This document shows positions 11,261-25,850 of a stretch of 64,000 bases of DNA, piece by piece. Below the pieces are notes generated by a model, which worked only from the letters and a program-made list of their open reading frames with translations, made no database searches and was not told where the DNA came from. Origin of the DNA: Octopus vulgaris (Eukaryota); contig OX597824.1 of assembly GCA_951406725.2 (NCBI GenBank), positions 4,712,001 through 4,776,000 on the forward strand. Reading direction: 5' to 3'. The translations under genes and the position numbers were made by a program. Position 1 is the stretch's first letter; each line of letters starts with the position of its first letter.

Positions 11261-12063
11261 GGTGTGTGTATATGCATGACTGTGTATCTGCCTTTTATTT
11301 GTCTTCCATTTCTCTTCAGTTGCAAATAGTCAATCGTAGACTTAAAGCTAAATGTTAATATCAATTTATGTTAAAGGGACAACAATCAATGTTAACCACA
11401 AAACAAAGGGATCCAAGATAATGGATCTGAATTGATAAACGGGGAAAAAAATATCTTCGTTATGCAATTTTCAGTTTATTTGGGCATTTAAATCATGATA
11501 AGCATGATAACCTATTGTTTTTTATTTCATTTCAATTTAGTTTTAACATATTTTATCTACCATTTACTTTTTCAATATTTCTCTCCTTTCTTCCTTTTTT
11601 GATGCAGGTGAGGTTTGTTACGCAATTTTATAGTTTTATATATTTTATATCAAACATTCACAAATTTTTCTGAATGCAGTTTATTTTTAATACACACACA
11701 CACATACACATGGGAACATTACACTCACACACATAAACATATAAATACATGGATATAGACACACAATTATATACATGTAATTGTTTGTTTGTGCATGTAT
11801 GTGATAGCTTTAAAAATATGCATGTGCATTTGTATGTATATAAATATCTTAGTTTATAATATATAACCACAGATATAGACATTTTAAATATAACACACAC
11901 ACATTATACAGACATATATCATGTGTGCATGCATATATAATATATACTCATACATGGAGGCACATATAAAAAAAATTACCTGTATTTATATAAATATATG
12001 TTTGTGTAAGTCAATTTGAGAGAGAGAAAGACAACAGAGAGAAATTTATGTATCATATAAATA

Positions 12064-12116
<53 letters not shown>

Positions 12117-12974
12117 CACACACATACACAAATGAACAAGCATAATTTCAATGCTCTCTCTTACATAAACACACATATGCTCAAACATACATTTATAGAA
12201 AACCCAGTTTATATGTGTGTATACACAAACACACAGATATATATCAGATATATATATATATATATATATATATCATATAGCATGTCAGAATAAATTTTAT
12301 CCAATTTCATTCTAAATTAAGCTAATTTAGGGAAATAATAAAATTAGATAACAGGGAAAAAATGTTGGAACTGTAAGTATTAGTGTTAGACAATTAGATT
12401 ATTTTTCTCTCAAATATCCCTTTCAATTATTGCTTATTCTCTGCTAAACTTTTATCTCTTATTTGCAGGAAAATAATGAGTTGATTTTTTTTTTTTTTAT
12501 GTGGTGGTAGTGGTGATGAACCTAGTATTATTTCTGTTGTTCTTTTATTCTTAATTCATTTATTTAGAAATATTGATTTCTTTTGATAAACCAGAAAGAC
12601 CTCATACTTTAGAAAAGAATTGTGAAGTTGTGTGCTGCAGGTCTTTTCCTCAAAAGGCATTAACAGCATAATAGAAATGAACTGATTTTAGTTAGGAATC
12701 GAAATGGAATTGTGAATTCAGCTTACAGAGAAGATATCTGCCTGTTTCTTCTCAACACTTACTCCAATTTTTTAATTTATTTTTGAAATATCATTGTAGC
12801 ATATGTGTTCTATGTACTGCAAATAATCTGTACTTAGTTTATTGAATGTAGAAGAGAGAAAGTTGCAATCAAATCTGATTGAATTTAAACACAAAATATA
12901 GAATGACAAAACTAGAAAGTGTTAGGCACTTACACTATGCTCTACAATTTCTGCTACTCCACTGTCATAAAAAT

Positions 12975-13400
12975 AATTATTTTACATATAGGCACAAAAC
13001 CAGAAATCTAGGGTAATGTGTTAGTCAATCCCAGCAACCTCAAAATATAACTGGTACTTTATTTTTTCCACCTTGAACGGATGAAAGATGAAGTTGCACG
13101 ATTTAAATTCAGAATGTAAAGAGCCAGAAAAAATGGTATTTGTTTTGACATTTTAATAATTCCACTAATGCACACTTCTTTATAATAATCCTTTCAACTA
13201 TAGGTACAAGACCCAAAATTTGCAGGGAGAGGGGCTAGTCAATTACATCAACCCCAGTGTGTAATTGGTACTTATTTCATCGACCCAGGAGCAATGAAAG
13301 GCAAAGTTGACTTTGGCAGAATTTGAACTCAGAATGTAAGGATGGACAAAATACCAAAGCATTTTGCCTGGCATGTTGATGGTTCTATCAATTCACCTTC
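12975..13400 (-). mobile_element. two tandem SINE family C copies
   Basis: ggatgaaag(a/g)...aaagttgactttggcagaatttgaactcagaatgtaa blocks, present twice. Confidence 0.75.
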
Positions 13401-13429
13401 TTACATTTCTTTATGATGATGATGATGAT

Positions 13430-15360
13430 GATACAAAGAAATAAATGGAGAGTAAACACATGAAAAGTTGATAGAAGATAACATTGAAAGTCAAAGGTTT
13501 TGAAGTGACATCTGGAGCAAAGACAAGGAGCACATGAAGGATGCTGAATGGTTGCAAGAACTGAAACAGACAGTAGTCTGTCCAAAACAGGTAGAACTAG
13601 TCATTTCAGTTAGAGAAGTGAAGGAAATCTGAAAAAAAAATGGGCAACTGGAAGGCCCCGGGACCAGATGGAGTTCAAGGCAACTGGATCAAAAGATTTG
13701 GAGAATGTCATGCATGAATAGCTACACAACCCAACACTTTGGTAAATGAAGGCCAAGTAACACCAGAGTAGTTGACAATGGGTAGGACAGTGCTGTGCTT
13801 GAATAACATTGAAAAAGGCAATATGGCAGACAATTACAGGCTGATATCCTGCTTGCCACTTATGTGGAAGTTATTGACTGGAATACTCGCAGAGGTACCA
13901 AGGATCGACTCCTGGTACACAAAACTGTACTTAGAGACTACAAGAGGAGGGAAACTAACTTAGTCATGTCATGGATCGATTATCGTAAGGCATATGATAT
14001 GATCCCACATTCTTGGATTATGGAATATATGAACCTATTTGGTATTGCATTGAATGTTGAGTGATTGTTTGGAAAAAATATGGCAAAGTGGAGGACGGAA
14101 CTGACAGCATGTGGAAGTTTAGAGACAATAGAAATCAGGAGAGACATCTTCCAAGGTGACTGCCTGTCCTCACTGATCTTTGTACTGCGCTTGATACCAC
14201 TAACACTGATTCTGAGGAAAGCAAAGGCTGGGTATGTATTCAAAAGCCGCCAACAAAAAGTCAACCACTTGTTATTCATGGATGACCTCAAACTTTATGA
14301 TAAAGATGAATCCCAAGTCAATTCCCTCATTAATATGGTGTATACTTTTAGTGCTGATATCAGAATGGAGTTTGAACTGAAAAAGTGTGGTGTGTTAGTC
14401 TTAAAGAGAGGCAAAATCAAATGTATGGATGGGCTAGCAATACTGTCGGGGGAGGTAATGAAGCAGATAGAAGAGATGGGCTATAAGTACTTGGGGATAC
14501 TGGAAATGGATAAATTGATGGAGAAAGAAATGACAGAAAAAATTTAAGGTGGAGTACTTGCACAGACTGACACTGATCCTTAAGTTGAAATTAAACAGAT
14601 GGAATAAGACTGAAGCTATCAAGACCTGGGTGGTTTCACTACTTAGATATGGAGCAGGGGTAATCGCATGGACAGTAGATGAACTAAACAGCTTAGAGAG
14701 AAAGACAAGGAAGTTACTAACCATATGGCATATTACCAGTCAATGTATGCCACTAGCCCAGAAAGAATATAAGAGATGTTATGACAATATAGCAAGGATT
14801 GTCCATTGGACACTTTGCAACAAGTATGGACTTGATAGAGCAAAAAAGTGGTAAGAACATAAAGCCAAAAATGATAATGCAAAGAGCCTACGGGATTTTA
14901 TGGTTCAGTGCAACCATGAGATAGAGAATAGGAAACCAGACATAGTGTTACTTGAGGAAGAAAGCAAACCGTGCTGGATCATAGATATAGCATGCCCAGC
15001 TGACAACAAGGCATGCAATAAGGAAGAAAGAAAAGTCGACAGATATCACAAGTTAGCTTGGGAGGTTAAGCAGTTGTGGTCACTGAAAAAGGTGATAGTA
15101 GTACCATTAATTGTCGGAGCCCTGAGAACAGTGAGTAAAAATCTTGAGAAGTACATGGAACAAATAGGGGCTGCAATAAGGGTGGAGCACTTGCAGAAGA
15201 CAGCACTGCTTGGAACTGCTCGAATACTCCAGCTGGTGCTTGAAAAATAAGGGGTGTTACCTTAGTTCACGTGTAGTGAACAGCTGACACCATAGTACAT
15301 CTCCAGCATTAGAAGTCGTGCAAGGACAATATAATAATAATGATAATAATAATAATGATA
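13430..15360 (+). mobile_element. R4/Dong-type non-LTR retrotransposon (RT plus RLE), 5'-truncated and inactivated, with (AAT)n tail
   Basis: WKAPGPDGVQG; [18 protein letters not shown]; WIDYRKAYDMIPHSWI; IFQGDCLS; HLLFMDDLKLY; YKYLGILE; RKPDIVL..IIDIACPAD (PD-(D/E)xK nuclease); stops and frameshifts present. Confidence 0.92.
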
Positions 15361-15572
15361 GTTTTTAATTTAGATACAAGTCCAAACATTTTGGAGGGAG
15401 ATGGCTAGTAGATACCATCAACTCCAGTGCTTAACTGGTACTTTAGTTTATCGATCCTGAAACTAGCAAAGCACAGTTGGCCTTGGTAGGATTTGAACTC
15501 AGAGCATAAAGAATTGGAAGCAACATTGCCAGGCATTTTGCTCAATGCTTTGATGATTCAGCCAGCTTGCCA
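15358..15572 (-). mobile_element. SINE family C (diverged)
   Basis: ccagtgcttaactggtactt..gatttgaactcaga..gattcagccagcttgcc. Confidence 0.7.
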
Positions 15573-18500
15573 TCTCCATGGTTTTTGCATTGACATTAAA
15601 TCATAAATTTATAAGAGTTGAGCACTGCCATTCATCAGTGAAAAAATAGCCTTTGTCTTTGCTATAGTTAACATTCTTAAGAAGACCAATATTAGTGATT
15701 GAATCAACTAGTATATTACTGGTCCAGATTCTCTTAATCCCAGTGCTCAAATGAAGTGCTCAGTCACTCTTCATTAGTTAGTATGATTTGAACTCAAAAC
15801 CATTTGATGTTCAGTTTGACGATAAGAAGTCAGAAACATTAGATTCTCATCAGTACCATTGTTATTGTCTTCAACTCAACCTTCACTACCATTATTGCAA
15901 TCAGTTCTATCATCTTTATTTATCATCATTATCACCATCATCGTCATCATCATCTCTGCAGTTAAAAATATGATAAATGTCATCATTATAATCCTGATTC
16001 TAGCAAAATCACCATCAAACCTTCATGATCGGTATCTTCACCAGCATCTTGCTTCTATTTGTCCAACTCATGCATCAAAGGCTGGTGAAACAAAAATAAC
16101 AATTCTGTGACAATAACCTTGACTAATTAGATGGGTCACAGATTAACAGTTCTTGAGAAGTTTTTATCGATTTCTGTCCTATTGAAGTTTCTGTAATCAT
16201 GTGGACATGAACGAACTTCATCTTCAGCTGCTTCTTATTTCCTTCTATTCCTGACGTTGAGTCTTGGTTCCTTAGGAAGATGGTGACCATCGTAGTAACT
16301 ATTTGCCTGTCTAATTACATTGTATTAATTATCAGCTTTGCTAAGGTTCTGACATCTTTATTTTTTTTTTCATCCCACCTAAGCCAAACAATTAAGGAAA
16401 TAATTACCAGTAGTGTGACGATGATGTAACAGTTAAGTTCATAGCAAACTCAGTAAGTGAACCAGTTTTAATTCTTGATTAAAACCAATTAATTTCATTT
16501 CACTTTTGATGCTGTTGCCCTCAAGAAAAGCATTTATATCTCAGTGCTTTCATACAGTTGGCCTCTGCTTAAGCAAGAACTCACTTACTTATAATTTGCT
16601 CTCTCACAGCATCGAAGATCGGAGCTTTGCATTAGCTAATAATACATTCCCAGTAAAGACATCCCTCAACAACAGAATCTTTATGCAGCAGCTCAGCCTG
16701 CTAGATTTAGCAACTATATCTCCCTCAAATCACATCACAGTGTCATAAAAATGATTGACACACTGTTCTGAATGTCTCTAAAAAGATGGGATGACCACAG
16801 TTGGAATGGTTTCAATCATAGTACTATTTATCAGGGTTAGTCTTAGGCTAGACAATATCTGTCAATTCCTTTTAGGCTCTCAGTTCCTCTCTTTTTTTTT
16901 TAGGTCATGTAAGGAAAAATAAGATTTTGTTAGAATACAATGTTGAAAGGAATGTCAGTCAATCAATCATGTAAGAAGTTTTAAATATTATATTATACTC
17001 GTTATTTGTCTGTTTTTATCTTTGTATCCATGTAACATTTCAGCACAAACACAGTCTCATTGCTACATAAGGCTATATAAGGCTATATAAGGCTATATAT
17101 GGCAAGTGGAGCATGGCATTGAAGCTGGTGCCTAAGAGATATAATTCTCTCATCAATTTTTAACAACAAAATTCAATTTTCTTTTTCAAAAGAAATTCAA
17201 ATTAATTATAAATTTAATTAGTTTGAGTTAAGTCTAAAACTAAAAAAAAAAATCATAATTATTGCATTTGATTTTTATTATACAACTCCAAAGTTATACT
17301 ACAGTGAAATAAACACAACACAGATTAAGCATCATAATACAGAGGATAATCAAGGAAAATTAAAACTGAACAACTATAAAGAAAATTCCTTATAAATTCA
17401 ATATAAGTTTTTAAAAAAAAGTTGTCATTTTGACAGCATGAATACACTAATTACTATAATTTATAAGTTATCTGTCTGTGGGCTGAGTTTTTTGATTCTC
17501 AGTAATACATTAGTTAATTATTTAATGCCCTTAAGAAATAAATTAATATTTTACATTATCACTGGAGCTCCACAATAAATTTGACTACTCAAGCATACAA
17601 AAATTAAAATCAACATCCTGATTATTACTCTAATCATTACAAACAAGCCCCATAAACCATCAGGTCATACAACATCTATTTGAAGACTTTGTTTAGATAC
17701 ACTTTGCGAATGTATCTAGAGCCAAACATATCCATCTTGAAAATGCACCACAAAGGATTTAGAACTCAGTATTACAACCTAACAGTAGATTTGTCATTAT
17801 CTATAGTGTCTACAAAGATCAGAAGTGATTTACCATAGGACCTATTAACAATTAGATGGATGGAGCCAACAAAAATGTCATATCAATGCTCACAGCCCAT
17901 TATTTTTAGTGGAATATGAACAGCTGACTTTTCAGCTGAGAAGCGAGCATCCTATTAATCTAGCAAAATATTATTTCATCTTCCACCCACAACTGTCATT
18001 ATTTTCTATCATAAATTTTCACAATCAAGTGAGCCAGTCCTCGTCTCCTCTTTTCATAATATTAAGAAAAAGGAAGGATAAATGTTCCTGTTTAGAATAT
18101 CAATGTAAAACAGGTGACTTTTTCCTACGGAACTCAAAGCTACAAAACAACAAATAACTCATTAATTATTCAGTGTCACCATGGTTTACAGTAATGAATA
18201 ATTCACCCTCCACACAACCTACATGTAAGTAAAATATAGCAAATTCGAATCAAGGACTTATTACTAATAGCAGCCAAAACTTTCTCAAATCATAATCTTA
18301 AATATTGGCTATATCAGACAAGATAGTTCCTGATGTACAAAAAGATGCGGTCTTTTTGCTGTAACCATACCAAAAGCACAATGCACTTACAGATGGAACA
18401 TTTGATCATAATCTGCTCACTTAGGGCTGATCTGAGCCAAACAACAGCAATGACTATCTACTCACATCTGAGTGAACTGAATATCAACAGTTAAGTCAGT

Positions 18501-18899
18501 GAGATCATCAGAACACAAATAATAAAATACTATTTGCAAGCTTCTTACCTGGATCTCTAGCACCTTGCCAACTCATTTATTTACACTGTTTCATTGTTAT
18601 AGTGACATAGACAACACAAAACTGAACTGAATGTTTCAGCTATTCAAAGTTTTGAAATGTTCTTACTCTGGTGTGAGTTGAAATTACACTAGAGTTCAAT
18701 TTTCCATTCATCCTTCTGAAAAACCAGTTGAATCCTTATCAGAAAGATATAGGGGTTAAAAGAAGGTTATTTCATCTTGTCTCCCCAGCAACATATATTT
18801 ATGCACTTCCTCAATCAAAATTATAATTATGAGTGAATTACACGGTTACATATATTTTTGAAATGCTATCTGACTTGGTTTTGTAAGATTCAACTACAT

Positions 18900-19155
18900 A
18901 TCATCAATATCGTTTAACGTCTGTTTTCCATGCTGGCATGGGTTGGATGGTTTGACTGAGGTCTAGAAAGCCAGCAGCTGCACCAGGCTCCAATCTGATA
19001 TGGTAATGTTTCTACAGCTGGATGCCCTTCCTAATGACAACCACTCTGAGAGTGAAGTGGGTGCTTTTTACATGCCACCAGCACAGAGGCCAGTCAGGGG
19101 GCACTGGCATTGACCATGTTCAGATGGTGCTTTTTACATGCCACCAGCACAGGGG
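18900..19155 (-). mobile_element. RTE LINE 3' UTR fragment
   Basis: cgtttaacgtctgttttccatgctggcatgggttgg...gatgcccttcctaa. Confidence 0.85.
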
Positions 19156-19849
19156 CAAACAGTTTCCTTTTAACAAACAAATGTATACTATAAGGTAGTT
19201 GGGAAAATGAGATAATACGACCTTTGTATCTTCCCTATGACATTAATTGTGGAAATTAAAGAAATTCATGCCAACTTCAAACTGAAAGTATCAAGGTGTC
19301 TTCACCTTTCAGGTGTTCATCATTACCTCTTCAGCATCTACTATGATTTGATGTTGGTCATGGATTTTTTACGTGTTATCTTTTTCAATTGTTATTTGTG
19401 TGGTTGTGTTATGGTAAGGTTAAGCTTCAATGTGTTGTTGTTAGCATTGTGGCTAAGTTGTTATTAGAGCATTAACCCTGGGCTGCTGCAGTTGTTGTTA
19501 GTGCATTGTGACTAAACCACAATACCTGTTGTTAGTGTTATGCAGCAGAGCTATTATAGGCCTCGTTAGTGTATCGTTAATGGGTTGTTACAGCAGTTGT
19601 TAATGCATTGTTGGGGAGCTGCTATATCTGCCGTCAGTGAGGTTTGAGTTACTTCTGTTTAGTGTTTCTCTCTCTTTTACTCCAGTCATGTTGTTTCTGT
19701 ATGGCTCGGTCATTGACGCAGCCATATGTTTTCTAGCCCAGTTTATAACATCAGTGATAAAAATGGACGTAAATCTGAATCATTAGTACTAAATTAACCA
19801 GAGGAACAAAGCCAAGGTTCGGCAAGATAACGAAACACCAGTTTCACAT

Positions 19850-21050
19850 TACTGTTTACGGCATTCAGTCATTGCACCATCTGCTATCTTATTTACAACA
19901 TTGCTTATTGTGTCATTCAGTTCCATTGATAATCTCTCATGTAATGATTTGAATATCTTTAACCAATAGCAAAGAATGCTATCAGGGCCTGGAGCTTTCC
20001 AAATGAGTATTTCACTCCACTGCTTATTTACCATCATCCCTTTTAACATGTATATTCTCCTGCTTATTGATTTTTATTCCGTTCCTAAGTGTTTTTCATC
20101 ACTCAGCTTCAGTATTTTGAATCTGTTCTTCATACCGAATTTCTTGCTAAAACTTCTAATTTTCTCAAGCATTTGGTATGACCTTGATTCACATTTCAAT
20201 TCACCTCCTTATATATTCCCTTTCTGATCCATATTGAATGTACAGTTCAGTTTATTACTGGTTTATTTATTTGTTTGTGTCTTTTGATCTCAGATGTTTT
20301 TGCCAAAATCCTCTATTACCTTTGTTACATCTCCCCTTTTTAAGCTAGGTTTTCTTTTTAAATCAACATACTTCACATGGGATTTCAGCTGACCTTTCTT
20401 TTGTCTTTCTGATAAATTTACATCAGATCTTAATATTTTTATATCCCCTTTGTATTCTATTCCACCATGATTCTTGCATCTCAATCCCACTTGTGATGTC
20501 TTTCAAGAGTAATCCATTCACCATATATGTATTAGTTGCTTTTATGAAATTGTTGATTTATATAATGTTTGTGTTCACATGATGGATAATTTTATTTACT
20601 GTTTTTGGTTCTCTCTTCCTGTTTAGCCCTATCAATATTAATTCTTTTCTGCACCAAGATCTTTCTTTCCCATGATTTGAACAATTTTCCTCGGTGCCTG
20701 TTGATCTTCTTCACCTAATCCATTACAATCATTCAACAATGTATTTCTTCCCTCTTCTGCCTCCACATCAGATTCAACCTGTTCATTTCTCTGAAAATTA
20801 ACTCACCTTCATTCCCTTCAGATGCAAAAATTTCCACCTAATTGCTTCAAGTTCAAACCAGTAAGACACCAAGTTATGCTCATTGCTCTAGCTTAGACAC
20901 AAATTCTTTGCTTGGTAGCATCAAACAAATCTCTCACTTGTCAATCTTTATTCTTTCACTGTCTTCACCCTCTTACTGGTACACTCTGCTTATTTCTAGA
21001 TTGTTTTAATAGTACCATTCCATAAGAGTTTACTACCTCAACAGCTATGA
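19850..21050 (-). mobile_element. R4/Dong-type LINE, N-terminal/pre-RT region, degraded
   Basis: WKAPGPDSILCYWLKIFKSLHERL (ORF 19849..20049); GDIKILRSDVNLSERQKKGQL (ORF 20290..20490). Confidence 0.75.
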
Positions 21051-21114
21051 CCACCATATTCATTTAATTCCTAGAAATTACTTGTTCTATCTAAAATAAC
21101 AAACAGAAATGTAG

Positions 21115-21464
21115 CAAGCGGTGTGCTTTCCAACTACATGGTTTCTTGTTCAGTCCCACTGCATGGCAACTTGGGCAAGTGTCTTCTACAATAACCCTGG
21201 ATTGACCAAAGCCTTGTGAGTGGATTTGGTAGACAGAAACTGAAAGAAGCTTGTGTGTGTGTGTCTTTGTGTTTGTCCCCCATCACCACTCACTACTTGT
21301 GAACCAGTGTTGGTTTGTTTACATCCCCATAACTTAGCAGTTTGGCAAGAGAGACTAATAGGATAAGTATCATCCTTAAGAAAAAGACTAAGTACTGAGG
21401 TTGATTTGTTTGACTAAATCTTTCAAAGCTGCACTCCAATGACTGAAGCAAGGAAAAGATAAAA
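21115..21464 (+). mobile_element. SINE family A (diverged)
   Basis: ttcagtcccactgcatggcaacttgggcaagtgtcttc..gtgagtggatttggtagacagaaactgaaagaagc. Confidence 0.85.
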
Positions 21465-21687
21465 AGCATTTGTATTGTTTGAAACTAGTATTACTCTGAA
21501 GAAATACTTGGTTTCAAGTCTTCATTTTCCAGTTAACACTTGGACATAAAGATGCCATAACCACAGCTGTCACTCACAAGCCAGTATGATTTGGTGAAAT
21601 ATGCTCAGATTCAACAGAATACTGAGAATATGGCAGCTGAAGAGAGAGAGATGGGAGAGCAGCCCCAGTATATAACTGATGCTCATG

Positions 21688-21825
21688 GGTAGCTGAGCAG
21701 ACTGGAACAACCTGAAATGATGTGCCTTACTCAAGGACTCAATACACCCCTGGTCCAGAAATCAAACCCATGGTTTTATGTGATCATGAGCTCAATACCC
21801 TAATCACTAAGCTATGTACCTTACA
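21688..21825 (-). mobile_element. CORE-like SINE head (family D-related), diverged
   Basis: Reverse complement agcttagtgattagggt..ggtttgatttc..gtccttgagtaaggcac. Confidence 0.55.
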
Positions 21826-22304
21826 TAAAATCAATGGGGAGGATGAAAGGTGAAGTCAACATAAATATGATTTGAACTCAGAATGTAAAAGTTCATAACT
21901 GAAGGCTAAAAAATATTTTGCCTGACACTCTACAGTCTGCCAGTCTGCCAGTCTACCCTGGCACCAATAATGATAAATTAGGGTTCAATGCAGAAGCGGT
22001 CAAATATAATCAAAGCAGGTGTAAATTCTAAATAGTAGCTCTACATCCAGTTTAAAGAAAATCAAACAGCCCCAGTTAAAATGTAAAAATAAGGTTAGTC
22101 ATATATATCCTGGAATTATTAGTATGTTGAGATTCTTCACACAGCTGCCTGGTATGAAATCCTGTCAAACAAGTCAGAGAGGGAACTATATTATAGATCA
22201 AGGCAAGCTAAATGGGCGTAATTTTTTAAAAAATATAGATGAAGCATGCTGACCTGAGAGATATATCAATTCCTTGTATGACTTTCAAGAATTAGACATG
22301 TACA

Positions 22305-22698
22305 AATGCAGGAGTGGCTGTGTGGTAAGTAGCTTGTTTACCAACCACATGGTTCTGGGTTCAGCCCTACTGTGTGGCACCAAGGGTAAGTGTCTTCTGC
22401 CATAGCCTCAGGCTGACCAAAGCCTTGTGAGTGTATATGATAGACGGAAACTGGAAGAATCCTGTTGTGTGTGTCTGTGTGTATATGTGCATGTTTGTGT
22501 TTGTTCCCCCACCATTGCTTGACAACCGATGTTGGTGTGTTTACATTCCCGTAACTTAGCGGTTCGGCAAAAGAGACGAATAGGATAAATACTAGGCTTA
22601 CAAAGAATAAGTCCTGGGGTCAATTTGTTCGACTAAAGACCGTGCTCCAGCATGGTCACAATCAAGTGACTGAAACAAGTAAAAGAATAAAAGAATAA
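22305..22698 (+). mobile_element. SINE family A (full length)
   Basis: gcaggagtggctgtgtggtaag..ggttcagccc..gactgaaacaagtaaaagaataaaagaata. Confidence 0.9.
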
Positions 22699-23202
22699 GC
22701 ACTTAGAAAAAGAAATACCAAAACTCTGACAGCTGGAAATAGTAATAAAACTAAATAGATATTAGTAACAGAGGCAGTGTTAGTACCAAGAGGTAATATT
22801 TAACCCCACTTAAATGTGGAAGTTGTGTTAGAACAAACTATCCTGGGCTAGCAATATATAAAAGAATGCATTTGGAACCAAAAGCCAATACAACAGTATC
22901 TCTCATGGTATCTACCAGAGTAGAGTTTGATCTAACAGAACATCCATGTTTAAATGTGGTTAAATATTACTTCTCAGTAATAATATGGGAAGTAATTATC
23001 ACACAAGTTAACGAAGAAAAAAAAGTAATGACTATTGCAACAGAAAATAGTTGGCAATTGCAAGTTAATCAAAATTAAAAAAAAAAAAAAATAAATTTCA
23101 GGGCAGCATTACCCACATTCTTCATATAACACTGGCATGAAAAGCTGATCCAAAGATTGTGTCTATATTATTGCAAATGTCTTGTTAAATGTTTTATTTT
23201 AG

Positions 23203-24082
23203 CTTTGCCAAGTTAGCAGCAGAGGTGGATGCTCTGGGAGCATAGCTGTGAGAATGAGATTAGGCTATGACAGCTGAGGACATGCGTAGGCTTGAAAGAA
23301 ATGAAACTAGTGTGCTACGCTGGATGTGCAATGTCAGTGTGCATGTTTGACAGAGCGTAAGCATATTGAGAGAAAAGTTAGGCATAAGAAGCATCAGATG
23401 CAGTGTGCAAGAGAGATGACTGCACTGGTATGGTCATGTGGTGCGTATGGATGAGGACGGGTATGTAGAGAAGAGCTGATCTCTAAGTATGGAGGGAACC
23501 TGTGGTAGAGGTAGACCCAGGAAGACATGGGACAAGGTGGTGAGGCATGATCTTTGAACTTTGGGCCTCACAGAGGCAATGAGAAGTGACTGAGACATTT
23601 TCCAATATGCTATGCTGGAGAAGACCCGTCAAGCCAAGTGAAATCGTAGCTGTGGCTGATGCCGATGTCGTGTAACTGGCACCCAAGCTGGTGGCATGTA
23701 GAATGCACTTTTCAAGCGTATGGCCTCATGGAGGCAAAGTGACTGAGCTCCTTTCGAGTGCTGGGCTTCATGGAGGCAATGACCAAGACCTTTGACATAA
23801 TGCCAAAGATCTTGAGAAGAAGACTTATCAAGCCAAGTAAAATTGCAGTTGTGGAAGATACTGGTGTCACACAAATGGCACCCATACCAATGGCATGTAA
23901 AAGCACCCATTACACTCTCACAGTGGTTGGTTTGTTTGGAAGGGCATCCAGTCATAGAAATCATACTAAATTAGACTGGAGTCTAATGCAGCCTTCCAGC
24001 TTGTCAGCCCTGGTCAAACCATCCAACCCATGCCAGCATGGACAATGGATGCTAAATGATGATGATGATGATGATGATGACG
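23203..24082 (+). mobile_element. RTE-clade LINE 3' portion (ORF C-terminus, 3' UTR and (GAT)n tail)
   Basis: Translation AEDMRRLERNETSVLRWMCNVS..LREKLGIRSI..LHWYGHVVRMDED..GRGRPRKTWDKVV is a typical RTE C-terminus; in-frame stops present. Confidence 0.9.
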
Positions 24083-25850
24083 ATTGCCTACTTATTCCAT
24101 ACATACATAACTCATAACATGCTAGTTTTCACTTGACATGTCACATCTCCAGATGATAGCCGAGTAAGTGATGAATTACAAACAACGAATTTGAGTGAGT
24201 AAAACAAGCAAAATAATAATGTCTCTATGTAACTAGCTACACAGCTCTATGTTTATTGGGGAAGGGAAATAAGATCTTGTGACATCCACACCTTTCTTAA
24301 AAGTATTAACAGTAGAATACATTGAACGAGAGAAAGAAACCAATTTGCAGTCTCACTTTGTTGGAAGCTTCCTTCCCTCTCTACAGCTCTCTATACAACA
24401 ATAAGTGATATCTCATGATTTCATGTTTCACTAAATTTTGTATATGAATGACATTCATTAAATTGTTGATCAAATTGACTCTAATATATTTGTTATATTA
24501 TCAACCCCTGAGAGTTGAAAGGTAAAGTTAAATCTAGCTTTTAATCTCTCTGTTATTTCTGATAATTGTAATGTAGAAGTTCCTCACATGGGCATAATGG
24601 ATGTCGTTCCAGGGAACGAGAAGTTGACATTGTGACATTCATGCTTTTCCAATACACAAGCAGTACAAGTAAAAATAGTGTTCAACCCAAAATCAAAATA
24701 GATATGTATCTACAAGTGAGTGCAAGTGAGAGAGAGAGAGAGGTGGAGGAACAAGAGAAAGAAGGGAAAAGTGCATGTGTTTGTGTTATATATATATATA
24801 TATCTGTGTATATATTTGTGTATATTCTATCAAAGATAAAATCTACGATGCAGTGTTCAGTGAATATCTCTAGAAAATTGTAGAAAGCTAATGAGATATT
24901 TCAGATAGATTTGTTCAGTTTCTTAAGACTCTATTTTTAAGATATAATAAGATTTCCCATAAGAGATGCCACTGTTTATTGAATATCTCTTCTCTACAAT
25001 TGAATGGCGAATGAACACAGGTTGTGTATCTAACATGTTAATTTAATGCATGGAGTAAAACTAAAATTGCAATGTGAAGGTATAATCATAAACGCTCGTG
25101 TTTATCAAGATGCTTCTGTAGTAACGGTTGATTGAAATAATTGACACTTCTTACTAGCAATGTTTTATTTATATTACAGCAAAAAGAAAAACAAATACTA
25201 GGTTTTATGCTGTGGGGCTTAAATGTAGTTAATGCATATTATTTTGAAGAAATTGGCACAAATATATCCAAAGACCAAGTCTTTGGTGATGAGATGATAA
25301 CAAAAATAATGTTTTCTAACAAAGACACAAAAACCATAAAGTTTGGAGAGAATGAGATGCAGATAATTATAAAAGCCTTTTGGTACTTAATTATTTTATT
25401 GATTCTGATTGGATGAGGAGTAAAGTTGTTCTTTGTGCATCAACAAAACATAAAACTGTATCTAAAAAGCACAAAGTATTTTGTCCATCAAGTTACCAAT
25501 TATATGCTACTAGTCAACGAGGTAATTCCTTCATTGGCACTTGGCCACAAATTTTTAAGGAGACTGAGTTAGGTATACAGAAGGTATTAACTTTGGTAGA
25601 AATCTACAAAACTGTAGGAAAGAAGTTTAGTCAACTGAACTGATCCTTGTACAACACTGGTACTTACTTTATGAATCCTTATAAATTAAAAGTGAAGTTG
25701 ACCCAAGCAAAATTTGAATTTGAAGCATAATACTTCATGCTGATAGCTCAATATTTTCTTATTTATACAAAGAATAATAATAATAATTTTCAACTAGCAA
25801 TAACCACGCCTCGTATTTACCTCATTGGCCATGGTACCGCCTCTGCACAA

